Positions 36,308-39,359 of a DNA stretch of 39,359 nt are shown here, piece by piece. Positions within the stretch are counted from its first letter, which is position 1; each line of letters begins with the position of its first letter. The stretch is from contig NIVC01004651.1 of NCBI GenBank assembly GCA_002269645.1, positions 1 through 39,359 on the forward strand. The letters run 5' to 3'. This DNA comes from Macrostomum lignano. Its lineage: Eukaryota. A program made the position numbers and the translations under genes. The notes beneath the pieces are model-generated. The model saw nothing but the letters and a program-made list of their open reading frames with translations. It searched no databases and had not been told where the DNA came from.

Positions 36308-39300
36308 CTAAACCCAACCTCCTAAGCCTAATCTCCAATGCCCGAACGGTAGACTGTTAATATTGTCATCAAAAATGAATCTCTTGTTATCTGCACCTGA
36401 CAGACCAATCTTCTTTTGCTGAATTGTGTGAATAATATGGTTTTTAGATTGTAGCTTTGAGAACTCATGTGATGTCTTTTTGTTGCAATTCAAGGCGTCT
36501 CTGTATTCAGCTTCATTAATTTCCTTCCTAACACACGTTTCGGAATTCCCTTTGATTTTTTATTGGGTCTGACGACTCACATTTTATAAAATAGGACTTT
36601 GCTCTCAACCCAATGAATTCAGTGATTATGTCACCAGCAATCTCGTCCTTCATTTTCCCAATCACTTTCTTGTTAGTGGCGTCAAACACTTGATCCCATT
36701 CAGCGTCCTGCAAGATTCATCATACTCAGACAAGTCAAACAACTCTTTTTGCTGCAGCATGTCCTGATAAATGTCTTCTGTTTGAATGTCCATAATAAAA
36801 CTGTCTGTGTCAGTGTACAAGAGTTTCATTTTATCCTTGTACTGCTGCTTCATGCCATAGAAGAACTGGTACATCAGACGTTTTGATTCGTCGAGAACAG
36901 TGACACCTGTATAGATCGGCTTGCGCAGCGTCACCTTGGTTTTGTAAAATATGATCACACCTAAGTAGCTATTAAAGATATGGAGTTCTTTGAATGTTGG
37001 CTTTGACATATTTGCCTGAATAACAGCAGGCTCTGATGAGGTAACAAGTTTCAGGTTTGTTCTTTTCCGCTCATTCTCAAGAGTCTTGCCATAGACAGAG
37101 TTGTTGGCCAACTTAAAGAGGTTCTTGTCAAAGTCGTTGGTTGCTTTGGTCCTAAACTGGGTGTTCTTATCAATGTAGGGTTTCATCCACGCTTCCTCTG
37201 TAAATGTAAGAGCCCTGTGAACTTTGGTGACCCTGCAACCAAGTGAGATAAAATACTGAAGCAGTTTGTAATGGATTTTGTAACGTGTCTTGTTGTTTAG
37301 ATTCTGTGTTAGTTTCTCTGTATGTTCTTTTTCTGTTCCTGACAGGTGCCAAGTTCCATTATTATCATTGGGAGTTTCGATTATTTTCGGGCACTTGATG
37401 TTCTCTGGGAAGGGTGGAAAGTCAGAGAAATAGTCGTGAAGCTCTGGTGGAATGTAAACATCAACCTCATAAATGGCAGCCAATGAAAAGTCCCACTTTG
37501 TTCTGATGAGGGTAGCCATCGAAAATCTCTAACTGGAAGATCTTGACTCATCGCCCACCCGTAGAGATTATTAGCGTCCAAGTAAGTAATGTAGTTTGAG
37601 GGCTGCTCCTTATTGTAAGATCAATGTAGGGATTGTTTGCTTTTGCATACCTGTTAACACAAATTGAGATTCCCCCTCGCTTTGACGATTCGACAAAATT
37701 GTACATGTCAATGTCTGTAAGAAGTTCAATGTACCAATCTGGATCTTGATCCCATTTCATTTTAAGCAAAGATTCCCAGCTAGTGGCAGGGAGACACATA
37801 ATGTTGGATCGAGGCCATATGCTGTGTACCAGGTGTATCTGAAGGTTTCAAACACATCGGCCAGCAGAAACACATCTGTGTAGAGGTAAAGCAGGTGATA
37901 CTGGAAGAAGTTTTGACAATTAAAGTAATTATAGACATGCTTCGCGTGCTCATAGTCTTTGTCAGAGATTCCAGAGTCTGTTAGCTTTGAAAAGAACTTC
38001 TCCTGTGGTGGTAAACCTCTTCAAATACGTGATACCCAGTAATATTTTCATAGGGGTAGAAGCCTTTCTTTCTTAAAAGTTTAAATGATTCATCACTGTT
38101 GTTAATTTTACTTGCAAACATCTTTGTATATGTACATTGTTCATCTTTTAGATTCTTGCTTAGTTCGTCTAGACTGGCAGCTAGAAATTGATATGAATCC
38201 TTCAGTCTTATTTTACCTGTATTGAATTATCCTGTTTAATATCAACACACTTAAACTTCTCCTTGTTCTCTGCGATGCAATCAAGGTGTATGTCTGGAAT
38301 CATGCCGATTTTTTCAACTATTAAATGCATGTCATAGTTCTTTGCGTTGTGACAAAATATCGTTAGATCATGAATGTTCGATTTTAGCTTTAGATTACAG
38401 GTGTTATGCGCTGCACCTCTAAATTTCCCAGTAAAGTGGCAGTGGTCCCTAACGGTGGGGTTTTTAATATTAGTGCAAGTTAAATGTTTCCTGCAGATGT
38501 GACATTGAGTTGCTGATAGGAAATTGCTTTCATCCTCCTCAGTCATCATTATTGGAACAGGTTGAAGGGTGCTAATCAATTTTTGCAACTCTAACATTCT
38601 GGCAATAAACTGCTCCACACACTGCTCTCCAAAGAAATAATTATACTCAACAAGTCCTTTTGTATTAATAAAGGATATGCTACTGAATTGGGGACATGTT
38701 TTGATTGATTTGTTTGAGTTTGTTTTTGAGTTTCTGGCACGATTGAGCATTCGAAATCAGCATATACAACAAATGGGAGCTTCTCCATCTTGTGATAGTT
38801 CTTAAACGGAGATACTTCTCTTCAGCTGAAGGAAGAGAGCAGTTTGTTGGGTGATCCTCGCATGATAATTCATGCTCTGTTAGTTTTTCAAAGCGTTCAG
38901 GTCCACTGTAATGCTTAAGGCACAAGCGGCAGATGGCAACAGCCTCGTGATGATTATTCAACTGCTTGTGAATGAGTCTTGAAAGATCTTTAATCCAAAC
39001 ATAGTGAGCCTCCTCTAGTAAATTACCAATCACTAGAAGATCCACTTCAGTCCGCCTTTTCCCCTCGGATCTAAAACGTCTTTGCTACATCTGACCGTTG
39101 AACTTTCTCAGTTTTTTCACTCCACTCAAAGACTGTGATTCTAATTTTGTTATTAAACACTTCTTCTAGCTTTGGGATCTGAGAGATCGCCAAGCCTCCT
39201 TTGTCAAACCTGATTCCCTTCTTTTCGCATTCGATGAGATAGTACTTGAAATAATTTTGATAATTTGAGGTTCTTTCGGGTGGTGAGGGACACTATCATA

Positions 39301-39359
39301 AAGAAGTGCAGAAAGAACTGCCCATAGAGCACAGCAATTGTCTTTATTTTTAACATTTA
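36308..39359 (-). pseudogene. Protein-primed DNA polymerase B (with vOTU-like and HNH/EndoVII-like domains), multiply frameshifted; 5' end off-window
   Basis: Motifs INVKNKDNCC.LWAVL, HYVWIKDLSRL, PFVVYADFE, VRDHCHFTGKFRGAAH, KGFYPYE, DANNLYGWAM, KLANNSVYGK, YTDTDS, FIGLRAKSY and DNKR...LPFGH, scattered over many frames. Confidence 0.92.

Larger units (their letters stand above)
28780..39359. mobile_element. Endogenous Polinton/Maverick (adintovirus-like) dsDNA virus, running off the right edge
   Basis: Intronless, tightly packed mCP, MCP, packaging ATPase, adenain and pPolB genes. The left end near AGAGTAGA (28780) is tentative. No integrase is seen in the window. Confidence 0.92.

Noticed and set aside
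28780-39359. Integrase gene and TSD of the Polinton
   Set aside because: Not visible in the window; probably beyond the right edge, so not claimed.

Overview
Eukaryotic (invertebrate animal) genomic DNA with spliced genes and dense simple repeats; the style is reminiscent of a Macrostomum-type flatworm, but this cannot be verified here. Left to right: (1) a 5'-clipped Penelope-like retroelement (1-~3100) whose frameshifted ORF reads SGNH/GDSL esterase-like domain, then RT, Cys-rich linker and GIY-YIG, followed by two minimal hammerhead ribozyme motifs. (2) A 4-coding-exon gene (minus strand, 658 aa) for a type I membrane protein with one atypical Ig-like domain, a mucin stalk and a Q/P-rich tail. 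(3) A block of mini/microsatellites and a MITE. (4) A laminin beta gene (minus strand, 21 coding exons with fully consistent GT-AG phases, ~1845 aa; last exon less certain), with tRNA-derived SINEs and a 2.4-kb (AACT)n array in its introns. (5) Starting ~0.75 kb upstream of the laminin ATG and running off the right edge, an endogenous Polinton/adintovirus-like dsDNA virus. Its minor capsid, major capsid, packaging ATPase, adenain protease and five accessory ORFs are open, while its protein-primed PolB is broken by many frameshifts. The most notable items are the esterase-bearing PLE, the hammerheads, the intact-virion/dead-polymerase asymmetry of the virus, its shared TAAAA(A)ATG start motif and a pVI-like lytic-peptide candidate. 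All homology calls come from motif recognition, not database searches.
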